Shown piece after piece: positions 10,006-23,735 of a DNA stretch of 64,000 nt (the stretch's first letter is position 1; each line of letters starts with the position of its first letter). A program made the position numbers and the translations under genes. Below the pieces are notes generated by a model. The model had not been told where the DNA came from. It saw only the letters and a list, made by a program, of their open reading frames with translations, and ran no database searches. Source of the DNA: Harriotta raleighana (Eukaryota); the NCBI GenBank assembly GCA_050575255.1, contig JBNZDD010013718.1, positions 3,281,098-3,345,097 on the forward strand. The letters are read 5' to 3'.

Positions 10006-13000
10006 GTTGTTATCCTTATTGTGAATTTATATCGCATTGAAATGGATCTAGAGAAAGCAAACACATGCATTCAGGTTCTGCACATGCATCACTTGGCACA
10101 TGTGTAGTAAGCAGGTGTTTACTAATATTGTCACTGAAGGCAAAATTGCCTTTTTGATGACATATATAAAATGGTAAGGTCAGAGGTGCTGGGCAGTTCA
10201 ATTAGGCGACCAACGAGCATCCAATGTACCACAGGGAACAAGGCAGAGGACATCAGCACCCGCTGTGTTTAGACTGCAACAAGGTGAATCACAATGTCCA
10301 AAAAACACTTCCTCTAGATTACATCAGGGAGGCAGATAGTCAATTACAAAATTATGGTGCTTTACCATCAAGCATGCTGTACTAGTTAAATGAGATGAAA
10401 CTGCGATATTTTACATATGATCAGTCGTGTATTCATTCACCCGAGGTGTGATAATTGTCATCAGTGATAATTATCCCACCACCAATAATTGTCACATCAC
10501 AATATCATATTTCTCCCATTTGTTGTTTCCTCACATAAATATAACCTTTCTCTGTTGAATAGTTTAAAGTGGCAAGGTTTATGGAAAAGTGTTCGTAAGA
10601 TGAATTGTTCCGCAAGGCACACTGCGGTAAGCAGAATTGCAAGTTTGGGGATTTCTCTCCTGTGATGACTACAGTGGCAGTTCTGTGTCATTTACAAAAA
10701 CTCGATGGAGCAAGAAATTCTTTCTAATGTGCTATAATTAACCAGTGCCCCAGATAACCAGTGCTGTTCTCCTTACAGTCAGGAATGTTTAACATTATGA
10801 GTACTTGTTTAAGGAATATTTCAGAAACCAGACACAATTAAAAATGATTCTATCTCCAGAGCCAGAGACATCCATCAGTACGCAATAAATGAAAGTGGTT
10901 GGATCAATGGTTTGCATATATTCCCGATGCCCTGAGTTTTGTAGTTCTATTTTTGCACAAGTTTAGCGATAATGACACAAAGGGATCATTGCCTGTTGTT
11001 GTATCATTATCTTTTATGGCTGTGTTTTCACCTACTTAACTTCAGATTATTTGACCTTCCTGTGATGTTTGTTTCAGTCCAATGTTCTGTCTACAAAGTG
11101 CTCTGTGCAGCTCCATACTGCTAATAAAACAACACATTGATTTTCTATACACACTGTTGCACATTGATTACATTTGCTATGATCTTTTGTGAGAACTATA
11201 TTTTAAAATACATCAAATTGTGGTATTGTCATGCAAAGTTCCAGCTATTGAATCCATTCAAAATGATTCATTAAAACTACAGAGGTCTCTATCAATCCCC
11301 TAATACCCTAATACAAAGTGCTGAAAGATCGCAATGCTCCTGCTAAACCTGTCCCCCTAACCCTTACCAGAATTTCACATGCAGTTACCCTTATAACCAA
11401 CAGAGTTCAAATATGAGGTGAATTGATTTTCCTGTAGATGATTGTGGACATCTGCCTGGCTCTATACTTGCACCGTTCCCTTAACAATTCAGTCATTAGC
11501 AAATTCTTAAAGTGTGAATTTTCTATATTTCTTAAGAACAACCTGGAGAAAACTAACCGAATTTACGAATTTGACAACATTTGCACTCTCTGAAATGCTA
11601 ACAGTTGAAGTGAAGAAAAGGATGGAATTTCTTGTTTGGCCCTTGTTTTTGATAACAGGATCTGTCTGTATCTTCCCTTTGTCTACGCAATAATTGTACA
11701 CTACAGCATAATTCTCACAAAATACAACCTGCAATCTTGTATAACAGTACAGTGTGATTTCCATGTAAAAAGTAATCAGAGCCATTCCATTTACAAGTAA
11801 CATAATGTTAGCAAGCATGTAAGCAAAGTATAATGACTTCACATGTTCAGCCCACTAAAGTCTCTTGTACTAACTAAATCAAATACCATCTGTCTGCTCC
11901 TACCCCAGTGGAGCTTATAAAAAAGGAAATTTCCCATAAAGGATGATTTGCATCAGTTTTATGATTAACCTTTTATTTATTTTTGCGTGTTGTTTGGAAA
12001 GAAAGCATTTGACTTTTGTTTTTCCCCCACAAAAAGTAAGCAATGGGATGCTTGTGTTTATGTGTGTGTGTGCAGGAGGTGGGGTGTAAATCTATGAACA
12101 AACGTAAGTTCAGCTGCAAAAATGCGACAGACAAGAGCGAAAACCTTAAAATCTATATCCAAATTGGTCTGTGTTTCAAATGTTTAAATTAAGAACATCT
12201 CAGTGCATCAGTCTTCACAAAATATATATTTTTCTTGTCTCCATTGTGCTTTGTAAAGGCTGTAACTGCAGCAACACTATAGACAACTTAACAAGAAGCT
12301 CTTTGCCAATAGGACATGTGAAAGGTATGACATTCTGTCGTTTGTTTCCTACATAGTAAGTCTCTGAACTTGACTACATTGGTTGTGAAAAATTGCTAAG
12401 ATCATCCTATGAAGTCTGTAATACAACACAGCACACTTCTGGGCACAACCATTGGAAAAGGTGTTAGGGTGTGGCATGGAGGGTGGGAATTGGGTAGATG
12501 TAGCAGAGAGGATTGACAGCAACAGGAACGAGTGGATGATATAACAACAGAAAAGCTGCATGTCATGTGTGTCATGCCAGCAACAGCCACAAGCCAAACA
12601 ATGACAGTTTTTGGAACACAATAGCATGCTTGATGCAAATCATTTCATAGAATTGTGTGGTTAGAAACTGTCACAAACCATGGCTTATCTTCTTTATGGG
12701 AAGAATATTGAATACAGTACTGGTATTGTGAGGACTTGATTGCTGGTTCATTCATAAATAAAAGTTCTGTTATTGATTGTCTTTGCAATCATTCACAACG
12801 AAGTAACACATTCGAATGTACAATAAGAATTTGCAGATATTTGTGTAACCAAATTCATGACAGGAACATGACTTGATTTCATTGACAAATTAGTTCTCAG
12901 TCCCTGCAGAAAAAGCTATTGGAAAATAGATATTTCTGAATTTAATAAACCTTAGTAAACATTTTACAGCAGTTGGACTAATTTAGTTCAAAAAATATCT

Positions 13001-15884
13001 CAATACATTCTGTACCTTATTGTTAACTAACAAAGAATTTGTAAGATCTTTGATACAGGTGACATGATTGTCCTTTGGTTACTTTAGTGTCTAATGAGTG
13101 TGAGTTAGCTTCTCCATTTTTATATAGCCACAATAACTAGTCAAATACCACAATCCACTGTCCTGGGAGTAAATAGTCCAATGTTTGATGTCCTCTGGAT
13201 GTAATAGTACATAGATCTTTAATTAACATTCAGCAAACGTCTCTCCACTAAACCCTATTTAGTTTTTGAAAATAATGGAGCCCACATTTATTGTTCACAA
13301 AAGAATGTGTCCAGTTCTGCACATCACCTTTAAAGATCTTGGATTTCAGTTACACAGATTGTGAGCATGCTCTCCTATGCGTTAGCTTGACAAGATGTAT
13401 CTCTGTCACTGTAGGTTTTAGTATGCAGGGAGCAAGTGTATGGAGATAAAAGGAGAAATGTCTATCTTTCATTCCCAGGCAATGCCGAATAAGTTATCAA
13501 CGAACTAACATACAAGTCTGAATAGACCCTTTTGCCAGCAGTAAGATGTTATCTGTCTCGACATGTGAATTCCTCCCCGATGTCAATCCGTGAAAGTGCT
13601 GAAGAAAAATCTCTAATAAAATCAACCAGACATACCACTGGGCTGTGGACAGCCCCCTCTCTTTCCTTTTCTCTGTCTACATCTCGCTATCTTTCTTGAT
13701 GTAAGGCTATTGAGATGTGTTAATTGTCAAGCCCCTCCTGCTTTTTTTAAAAAAAAACTTTGCATCGGCTCTCCTTTTGTGTTTGACTCTTCTCTTCATT
13801 CAAGCATGCAAATTCTTCATCTTACGCCAGAATATTAAAAAGGAGGATATCACTTGTCATTGTGAAACCAGAAAATACGTTGGCTAGTGGTGTCAAGCTG
13901 AGAGAGTTCCACTATTCTCTGCTTCTACCAAACACAGTTCCACATGAATTGAATTATGTTTCCCCTTAGAATTCAATGTGGCTACAAACACAGTTTTAGA
14001 TTTTAAATGTTGTTGCCTTTTATTTAATATGAGGATTTTTTTTAATAGTTCATCCTACACATTCTCCTTTTTTTTTCAAAATCCCTGGGCCCCAGTTGGG
14101 ACTGCTCCTGGGGTCTTGGTGTCAAATGTCAGGCCTTGTACTAAGCTGTCAAAGAGGAGAATAGGCTTAGATGATGGATGACTGGAGAGACTGTAACCCA
14201 AACCTCTGTGCAACTGCTACCTACGAAAGCAGGCTACCCACAGTCACTCCTCAAGGTCAGTGCACATACCATTACACCCACTGGTTTCTGCTTTGCAACA
14301 AGCCTACATTCATTGCTGCTTTCTTCCCGTTTCCTAAAATCCAGCCAAATTTTCAGCCACTTAATCCCAATGAAAACACGGCCTTTTTCTTTTGCACTTG
14401 TCGCTTGCCGAACGAGTACAACGGAGACAAGGAGCTGAAACTTAGCACAAGTCAGATGACAAGATTATTAATGGACCGGGCAATGTCATATCTACTTTCA
14501 TGCATATTCATGGTCTGGTTGTGCAGATGGGGCTGTGACTGACTGAAAGTTTCTTCCCCCTGTGCAGCAAATACAAATTACATATATGTACAACGTATAA
14601 ATGCTTGATCAAACCTACACCATGTTCACAAGTCTATTTGCATTTTGTCCATCAGACTGTACTCTCCTCATTAATTAATATCATATTGCGTACATTTTTA
14701 ACAGCTTACCTATATTCTAGCTTTAATAAATATTAACATTAAAACATTTTTGTATTGTAAGCAACTAAATATTTGATGTTTGAATCTTTTGTTTTATTGC
14801 CTGGACTTCACGTATCTTGTAATCCATGTCTTTCGAAACATAGCACATTGCTGTGGACTGTACACATTTTCAAGAACAATTTGGGGAGGGGGGAAGAAAT
14901 GCTGCAAGAATTCATGAAAATATTCCCAATGCTGAGTGTACTTACAATTACAAATCCTGAACCATTTTGCTGCTTTAGTTCAAGAACTTTTTTTTCTCTC
15001 TCTCCCAGCCCATAATGAAGTCTAAATAGCACTTATTTAATTTAATTAACGTTAATCACCAGTGTAAGGGTTTGGGGTTCTCTTTGATCTTATGCACAGG
15101 CAATGATTTTTAAGCCCTGATAACATCTCTGCCTGTAACTTCTGGCAAGCATGCCCTTTATTCCAAGGATCTTGGGTCAAATTAAAGGTTAATGAATTCA
15201 GATGGAAGTTACGATTAACAGATCAGCTGGCAACAGGTCTAAATCTGCGGCTCTAAATATAAAATACAGCTCTTGTGCAATTCAACTGCCCAGTGCTCCC
15301 GTGGAGACTCAATAAAGACCTTTAAAGGGCTGAAGGATTAACAAAGAGCGATGCCGAGGGCACCAGAGGGCAGTAGAGGCCAAATCAGCTTGGGTGAGCA
15401 CGTATTGGTTAGTTTATCAGAACTGAAGAGTCACCAATCTAGGCCCAAGGGTTCCTATAGATGTAGAATTGTATGTACCCACACGGGTCAAGGACATATA
15501 ACCAACCAACCTCCCACTTGTAAACCTTTCTTCATATCAGCAGTGAGTTGGAATGGAGAATTTGCATTGTACATACATTGTTTTCGTTTACTGATCTATT
15601 TTGGCCTAGTTTTCCAAATCTCTGCACATCATTTATTTTCAAGTGAACGGGTGCAAGTAATAACCCATCCTCCCTGGTTAAGTGGTTTGCATGATATGCT
15701 CATAATCTTGTTCATCAGTTTCGTAGTTTAGATAAGTTTTAAACTCATAGAACACCTGAATAAAAGCATGAGATTAGCAATAATAACAACCACAGAAGGA
15801 TGTCCAAGCGGTTTGGGACTTTTTGTGAATATAGAAAGCTGACATACTCTAAGGTACATTTGTAAATAGCACTTCAATTCACAT

Positions 15885-15935
15885 GTATGTCCTCCCGATG
15901 CGAAAAGCGCCATGAAAAATGTAATTTTGTTGTTC
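15885..15935 (+). mobile_element. L2/SINE tail remnant
   Basis: gtcctcccgatgcgaaaagcgccatgaaaaatgtaattttgttgtt matches the tails at 1081 and 2335. Confidence 0.6.
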
Positions 15936-18900
15936 TTGTACATCATTCTGATAGAAAGAATATCCTGTCAAGCTCCTGACTGAAAGGCTGAAGCAACTTC
16001 TAGTTGCAGGCTTGGACTTCAGTTCCCTAATATTTCACGGTTTGCTGCCCTCACCCCTTCCAAACACAGGCTGAATTGCAGGAAGCTTTGAGGAATTTTT
16101 GTTGAGCCACTAATCAGTAAACTATTGTGGAAGCTTAAGCAGATCTGCACGCATGTTAAAACAGAATTTAATACAACCGTGGGGGATTTTCAGGCATCCT
16201 GTGCACTTATTGCAATCGACTCTGAATAAATACACACCTGACCCAAACATAATTCTGACCTTAGCACAGAATTCAAATGTATCAAGCCGTGCTCCAATCC
16301 CTTTAGTTCATGACCCGGCCATAACACTTAAGTGCAAAATACTGATCGGAACGTGAAATGTTTTGCAGTGGTAGAATTTGGAACGCTCACTAAATACATC
16401 TAATCCACCGCCAAATTTCACTTAGCGACAAAAAGAAGTGCATTTCAGAAACTGAATCGTTTTGTGGAGGGAGAAAATGTCGTTGTTTGTTTAACATCTG
16501 CTGCTGTTGTTTTTGTATGGATTGAATTTCTGAATGAATGTATATGAACATGAAGATTTTCAAGCTAGCCACCAGTTTGTAGAAATCCTGATCTAAACCT
16601 CGCCTGCCTGATTAGCAAAGTGACCAAGGGCTTTATCAATACAAGGCAAGTTTTAGAACCATAAAGTGCAATTCTGTGCAGGATCCACCCAGCAGTATCA
16701 GATGTTGCATAAGATTATACAGAATTGTGGAGAATTCTTCATTTCAAAGCCAGATCTTTTTAAGCACTTCAAAGGGGTAAAAAAAAGCAGAGAGAAAAGT
16801 GATTTTTTTAAATTCAAAACCAGTCAATAATAATACAACTCCCGAAATTTGCAGCACTTCTTCCATCACACATCTGATGAGATAATTCGTCAAATACATT
16901 ATAAAACCGCCACAAATGTCACCCCATTCTGTTTGCAATTCTGTTAAGAAGACTGAAGTTCCTGATATCTTATTTTTCCTACAAAAGTGCCACTGAATAT
17001 CTCAAAGTTCAGCAAATACCAGCAGGGGACAAATCCGCCCCTTTGCACAAAAGATCCCCCTTTACTGTGAATCAGCTGATGCTTCATGTCACTGTCTTGC
17101 AATTTGTATTGTTTTACATTGTTGGTATTCAGTAAGGTCTATGGATCCATGAACTCCGCTCACCCCCAAATAGGTAATTGCTAACTTGATGCACAAGAAT
17201 TTCAGACCTGTATTACCACCAAGTAGTCCAGAAATATAAACTGCTTTTACAGCTGCTTTGCTCAAAGTTTACAGCTAAATGTTTGCAGGCCCTGGAAAAC
17301 ATAATGAATAGAGCCTTTCGCTCTTCTATTTGTGTAGAAGGGAATAGTCAAAGTGAATTACAAGGCTGCAACACTTATCATGTATAATATATATAAGAGG
17401 TTTTTTTTTTCCTTTTGTGGCAATCAAACAAATTACTACAACAGCTTCTGGTTTCCTATTGAGAACAAAGTTCTGTGTGACATTAGACGAAGGGTATTGC
17501 TAATTTTAGAATCTTAATTCCGAAGGCATACTGCATTGTGTGACAGGACCTTTAGCATGTCAAGGTTACATTTAACAGTGCGTTTGAAGAAAGTTCATCA
17601 TTTTACGCACATCATAAAGAAATATGGGTTTGTATTACAGTACTTGGATTTTTCTTAAAAAGTATTTTAATTGTGTGGAAATGAGAGAGATATTCCAATA
17701 AAACAATTGCAAAGAAAGAAAGCATTCTGCAGCTCTACAAAAGGTTTGCGTTTAAACAACAGTTCACTGTCACACAACCTGTATGGTTATGTACACCTCT
17801 GATTCTGAGGATCAATACAATTTATCCTGATGTGAGGCTTATAAAAACACTGTATTCAGTGATTATAAACTACAACATGTATAAGCAAACAGTAGTGGGT
17901 CATCAGTGATGGGTCATCATTATCAACTCTAAAGTACAGTAATATGTGTGACTTTTTCAGCATTGACATGGCAATATTATCACATCAGAAATGGCTAAAT
18001 TATGGTTTATGTGAACATAATTTAAGAGTTACTTTAATGTGTGATGATCCCATGATCACTTTACTGTTATTACTTGTAACTCTTAACGAATTGCATGGAT
18101 CTTGTAACAATTATATACCCTTTTTACCGATCTCTGTTGCTGTGCATTTAACACTTTAACATATTGGTTGAGTGCACATAGTGCACTCTATTTCAGATGC
18201 ATTCAGACTATAATAAGTAATATGATGCAAATGGAAGTGACTAGGAAATCCGAATATTTCTTCCAATTAAGGCAACGCTTCTAATCAATTGCAGATCCCA
18301 ATTAATGGAAAGTTTTATTAATGCCTTCACTTCTGTTATAGTGTTTTAATGGCCTTGGTAAGCTCTTTAAAATGACACTAAAACAATCAAATGCAGTTAA
18401 TTTCTCTTTTCCCTGGATATTGAAAATAAACAGTGAGGCTCCAATGTGTTCAGCATCTGCTGAACTTGTGTACCATAGGGAGGCATCACTTTGCTGGCCA
18501 GATGCATGTTGATAATAATCTCAACAGGAAAGAATGGGAAGAGTGTTTTTACCTCTTTACTCGACTTATTTATGAGTGACCCAGTAATGTGCTGGTGACC
18601 TTGGGAAGTTTAGTTGAAGCTGGAATTATGTGCTGCCACTTGAGGTCTTATAGCCTGGATTTGCAATGACTGACAAACACTTGCTGTTGAAAAGCTGAGG
18701 GAATGTGCATGTGTGTGTCTGTGCGTGCATAAGAGTAGGTGGTATATCATAAGCAGTTGGGGGATGGGAAAGTGCTCTCTGGTTTGTAATGAATGTCCTT
18801 TTATCCCAAATTTCCAATGGGCTGTAGGAAATTATGATTTTTAACACTTTTTAAAAAAAAAATTGTATTTCAAAAGGGTTATCATATTTATACTGATCTG

Positions 18901-19039
18901 ATAATGCTTAAGAGGCTATTGATGTGATACCAGACATTGAGATCCTAGAGAGCAACTGTTCGCTTAAATCATTTATCGTTTGTTTGCAAAATCCATTTTG
19001 AACACATCACACCACTTGAACACACCATCATTAAAATAA

Positions 19040-19115
19040 TAATGATAATAATTAATTCTTCTTGATATTGGTGTAGCGCCTTTAAACATCAAAACTCTCA
19101 AAGGACTTCACAAAG
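19040..19115 (-). mobile_element. SINE tail remnant
   Basis: aataat...cttgatattggtgtagcgcctttaaacatc...tctcaaaggacttcaca. Confidence 0.55.
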
Positions 19116-19632
19116 TCTCTGTCATGTTTAGTGTATTTGCAAGTGCAGAGATGCCCTGATCTTTATACTCTCTATGTCCTGATTTTAAGTCTCTCTATGC
19201 CCTCACCTCATGCCCACACCAAATGAACGGTGAATGCCAAATGCCTTCTTGTGAAATCAGAGCCCCCCTTTACAGCAAAACATTTGTAAAATCATTGAAA
19301 CTTTAAGAAACCCAGAGGGGTGATTTGCCGTGGTGTGTCAGATGATCACTCAGGAGGCAGTTATTTTTTTTTAACATCTGTGCCTCACATATGGACATTT
19401 CACAATTTATGACATGGAAACCATAGGAAAAACATAACACACGATTTATCAAAGTATTGACTTCTTTGAATATGAGAGCATTAAAACATTTGGCAAGGGA
19501 GGGGGGTAGGGGCGAACATTATTCTCCTCCATTCACTTTGAAAGAGGTCTGAATTCTGCCCTTGCGAGCTGGTCCTCCTTGCACGATCAGCATGTGTTCA
19601 AATGAGATATCTCCCAATTCACAGTCTGATAT

Positions 19633-19693
19633 CATATGTATATCTATAATATAGATACTATATATGTATATATATATATAGAGAGAGAGAGAG
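19633..19693. repeat. Compound (TA)n(GA)n microsatellite
   Basis: tatatgtatatatatatatagagagagagagag preceded by degenerate TA repeats. Confidence 0.85.
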
Positions 19694-19704
19694 CAAATAT
19701 GCAA

Positions 19705-19905
19705 GAGTGCAGTGAGCTCTGTTTCTCTATTATCCTTTGGGACTTGGATTCAAATTCAGCTCAGGCAGAAGGTATGAATGCCTTCCTCATCTAATGCTGC
19801 TACAGGTCCCATGTGAAATTAGACTTGGTGTGTCAATCTGGCTTCCTGTGAACAAGGAACTATACTAAAACACTTGTATGAAATTGGCATTAATTGCCAA
19901 TGATC
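19705..19905 (+). mobile_element. LF-SINE-like ancient SINE fragment
   Basis: Three ordered blocks (ttcaaattcagctcagg; cccatgtgaaattagacttggtg; aattggcattaattgcca) resemble my recollection of the LF-SINE consensus (ttcaaatccagcccagg; cctatgtgaaatgagttggtg; aattggcactaattggca). Confidence 0.6.
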
Positions 19906-20204
19906 CTGCAATCTTTTTCTAAGTCCTGTTTAGTGGAAAAAACAAAATAGTCCGATTTTCACTCAATGGCAAACTGGGCCATGTAAACTGTTCAGACGCG
20001 CACAAGTCACCACTCAATCCATGCATTTCGTATGTTATTAAATGCCAGCTCTCTCCTGGGGCATCAATGTAGTACCTTGATGTTATTGCACTGTTGCCCA
20101 GTGCTAATGGGAATGAAATTCCGTCGGCAGCTTTCCAGTCCACCTACCTTTGCTTTGAAAATCACATTCAACAACACTTTTGCCTCCAGTGCACAAGCCA
20201 TGAT

Positions 20205-20350
20205 GTATACATTTAATATATCAGTGAATCTCTTATGCAAGAGGCCATGGGGAGGTGACAACAGGTGCGGTTGAGGGGAAGGTCTGAAAGTGGGATTTAA
20301 AGATAGATAAAGAGGTTAAGGGGTTAGTGGCTGAAGTCACGGTCATCGAT
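20205..20350 (-). mobile_element. Decayed L2 3' fragment
   Basis: G-rich gaggccatggggagg...gcggttgaggggaaggtctgaaagtgggatttaaag resembles the reverse complement of the aagaccctcctctttgacc segment at 1030-1065. Confidence 0.5.
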
Positions 20351-20509
20351 GCATAACTTGTACAATACATGCAACAAATCCTATTGCTGTTAAAAGATTA
20401 TTCTGAATGTGGGTATGTTAGATATAGATACAAGAAAGTGTATGTGTTTGTATCTGGGAATATACCTTGTTGAATTTTTTCACATTTTTTTTCTTAGGGT
20501 TTCACAGGT

Positions 20510-20812
20510 AATTATTAACTGTAATAGCTTTTCTTACATGGCGAAAATGCTACCCGTTTGCTAAGTCCAAAAATATAGCCACATGGTGAATGAACATTTT
20601 ATCCGCAGGATTGTTGGCAAAAGCCCTGGGAGAAACTTCATTCTCTTTTCAGATAATGTCATTGGATCATTAATATCCATAGGCAGACAGGATCTCAGAT
20701 GTCAACTGATAAGCTGGCTCCTCAGGCAGAATCCTGCTGTGCTTTTTCTCATAGTGGTATTAGACAATCAGCCCACACTATCAGTTCAAGTGTGGCTTGA
20801 ACCCACCCTATT
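20510..20812 (-). mobile_element. Deu-domain SINE, decayed
   Basis: ttgttggcaaaagccctgggagaaact...aatgtcattggatc...cagacaggatctcag...ggcttgaacccac is the reverse complement of the Deu core and B box. Confidence 0.6.
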
Positions 20813-20861
20813 TACATGGAACAAATAATAATGCCTGTATTGGAAGTCAAGTCACTATTTG

Positions 20862-20960
20862 TATAATAATGATCCTTGCATTTGATATACCACCTTATCA
20901 TGTCTTTGAGATGTCTCAAAGCTGTATGAACATATTGGGTTGATTATGTGGTTATTAGCA
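20862..20960 (-). mobile_element. SINE 3' tail fragment
   Basis: ataataatgatccttgcatttgatatacaccttatcatgtctttgagatgtctcaaagc. Confidence 0.8.
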
Positions 20961-23344
20961 AACTAGAAATGTGTGCTTTCTACCATTTGCTATAAAATGT
21001 GTTCAGAGAAATAATCAGAAAAGAAAATTTATATCTCATAGGCCATTTTGCAGCCAAAATTTTGCTTGCTGACCTTCTCCCAAACATTTTGGGGCCTTTT
21101 CCTCTGACTAGGAAGCAAAACAACAGCTGTAATCATGCCTTCAAGTTAGAGGATTGATTAAAAAACATGAGGATGACTTTTTATCAATGGTTCTTAACAA
21201 TATAATGAAACAACAACAATAACAACAGAATTACATTTGTATAGAGATTCTCCGAGCATCTCCTATTGAAGGGTGCTAAGTTGTTGTCATTGTCTTCAGT
21301 TCAGCTATCTCATGTAGAAAAGAATTGGATGCTAGTCTCAGATCCTAATCAAAAGTTCTTCAGAGGACATGAAAAGGCTCTAAATGTTGAATCCCAACTC
21401 AGCATTGACTATCATCACTGCTTCATTTATTAACATGATTGTTTTTGTGCTATATTCTGCTTTGTAACCATTTATGAATGCTAAAAATATCTATCTTTTG
21501 GCATCCTTTTATCTTTGAGTATGAACAAGTATCCCCATAGTTGAAATATCGTAAACTTGTAGGAGTAACATTTTGTGTGATTTAATCTCCATCCCTTGTG
21601 CTAATCAACATGAGGAAAGGTTTAAGAAACTACCAATTTCACCTCAAAATATAATCTACCTTTACAATTCTTGAACAAGTCAGTTTTCTTGGATGTTACT
21701 AGAGGATCTTTCCAGACCATCAATAGAAGCAGGGCAGGAATTAGAACATCTGATTAATTGAAACAAATCAACATTTGAAACACCAAGTACAACTCTAAAC
21801 ATTATCATGTGTGGAGGCATTAAAGCCCACTAGCCTTCTGTCCTAAAGGCATTTTACCTTGATGGATGGCTGAAGACATGCCAGATTAAGTATTAGAGAA
21901 GCATGTCGGGCCCTGTGGGAGGATTATATTTACCTGTAAATTGTGATCAAGCGCTGGCCTTGGTAGCAGACCTTCCTAAAACATTACATTCTTAGTGCAG
22001 AATTTAAACAGTTTGGACAGTTTGACAAGCATCCTCCTGTTTCTTGTCCAGCATCATTCCAGCAATGAGTTTTTAACTTGCAATGGCATGGATTAAAGAT
22101 ACTGTTTATTGCAAACTATTATCTTGCAAAATTAATTCCAAGGTGTTGACAGATTATCACTTATTTTTGGTCTTTTGGATCTCCCATGCATTGGACAAAA
22201 TTACAGATCCGGCAGTTGTGAGAAACGTCAATTGAACATTCAATTGAAATAACATTTTGGAATTGAACTGATCAGCGAGTGATCTGTTATCACGGATGCC
22301 ATTTCCTTTTGTGGTTTCACCCCAATCTTTTAGATGTTCAGAGTCAGTTTTGAGATATTTCTTTTGCATTACCAGCTCATGCACGTTTATTTGGTTAGGG
22401 GGGGAAAAAAAATTGCTTCTATCTTCCTAAATGTAACATCAAACTTTTTTTTTCATGTTAAATGTGAGTTTTTCCTCATGTTTTGAGGAATTTTATGTGT
22501 ATTTTTGTGAGATTTGTGTATATTAAATTGTTACCTATCAATTGTTTTTGGTGTGTACTAACAAAAGAGTGTCTAACAAAAGAGTAGAGAACATTATACT
22601 GTGTTTGGATAATATATTATATATAATGTAGCATATATATATATGAATGCTATATTATCATCTAACATTTATATGTGACAATAAGACCCTAAATGCAAAG
22701 TGATAATAACTTCATCTGTGCTGCCTTTAACCAGCTTCCCATACAGAAAAAGGCAGGAACAGAAGCAGATTTTAAACAGAAAGACTTGGTGATAAAATGA
22801 CTTCAACATTTGGAGCTTGGTGATAATTATATCAATAATTTTACCCAGCTAGCTGGGTATTGCACCACCACCCTGTCCTACAGTCAAATCATTTTAAAGC
22901 GCTTTGACAGCAGGTTGTCCAATACTAAGTCCTTTTGAAACCTAATGTGCAGTGTTCTGCAGTGATTTCTGACAGTTCGGAGGCAATAGTTGAATTGTTA
23001 TATTCTCCATCTTGTGGATTAAGAGCCAATAGGGTATGAAGGTCACTCAGAAAGTCAAGCTGAAATGTCTGTTTGCTTGTAATAATTATTCCTCTTCTGA
23101 TACAGAACCTGTGTTGAGCAATGTGAAGCCCTTCATGTCGCAGACAATAGATCTTTCTTGTTTTGGTCCTCATTCCGTCACTGTATTTAAGTTCAGTAAC
23201 GGCACATGTGACCTGAATGACTCCAATAACTACACATTCATGCTTTGGAAGCAACCTTGTGTGGATATTGGAAGCAAAGATGCAGTCCATGGATATTTCA
23301 GACATCTCAAAGTGACTGGATGAGTTTCTGCTGCCTTTTATCCT

Positions 23345-23735
23345 GGAGGGACTGGGTCATGAAGTTTAATAAAAGTTTTCAAAATTATTAGGGATTCAAT
23401 AAGGTGAACAAGGAGAAGCTATTTCCACTGGCAAGTGGTTCAGTAACTTGGGGACATGGGTTTAAAATAGTTGTTAATGGAAACAGAGTGGAGGAGAAAT
23501 TTTTTCACACAGTGAGTTGTTAGGATTTGGAATGTATGCCTGAAAAGGGTGGTGGAAGCCGAATTGATAACAACTTTTAAGAGAGAATTAGATAATTATT
23601 TGGAGAGGACAGGTTTGCAGGGCCATGGGTAGAGAGCAGGGAAGTGGGATTGATTTGGACATTTCTTTCCGAAGAACCACCACAGACATTATGGGCTGAA
23701 TGGCCTCCTTCTGTCTGGTATAATTCCATGATTGC
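23345..23735 (+). mobile_element. CR1 LINE 3' end (ORF2 C-terminus plus 3' UTR)
   Basis: Decayed frames read KVFKIIR..NKVNKEKLFPLASGSVTWGHGFKI and RRNFFTQ*VVRIWN...EAE.ITTFKRELDNYL, followed by the CR1 3' UTR motif atgggctgaatggcctccttctg and ttccatgatt. Confidence 0.9.

Noticed and set aside
22925-23323. Overlapping antiparallel ORFs of 126 and 95 aa
   Set aside because: No recognisable homology or convincing splice signals; consistent with chance.
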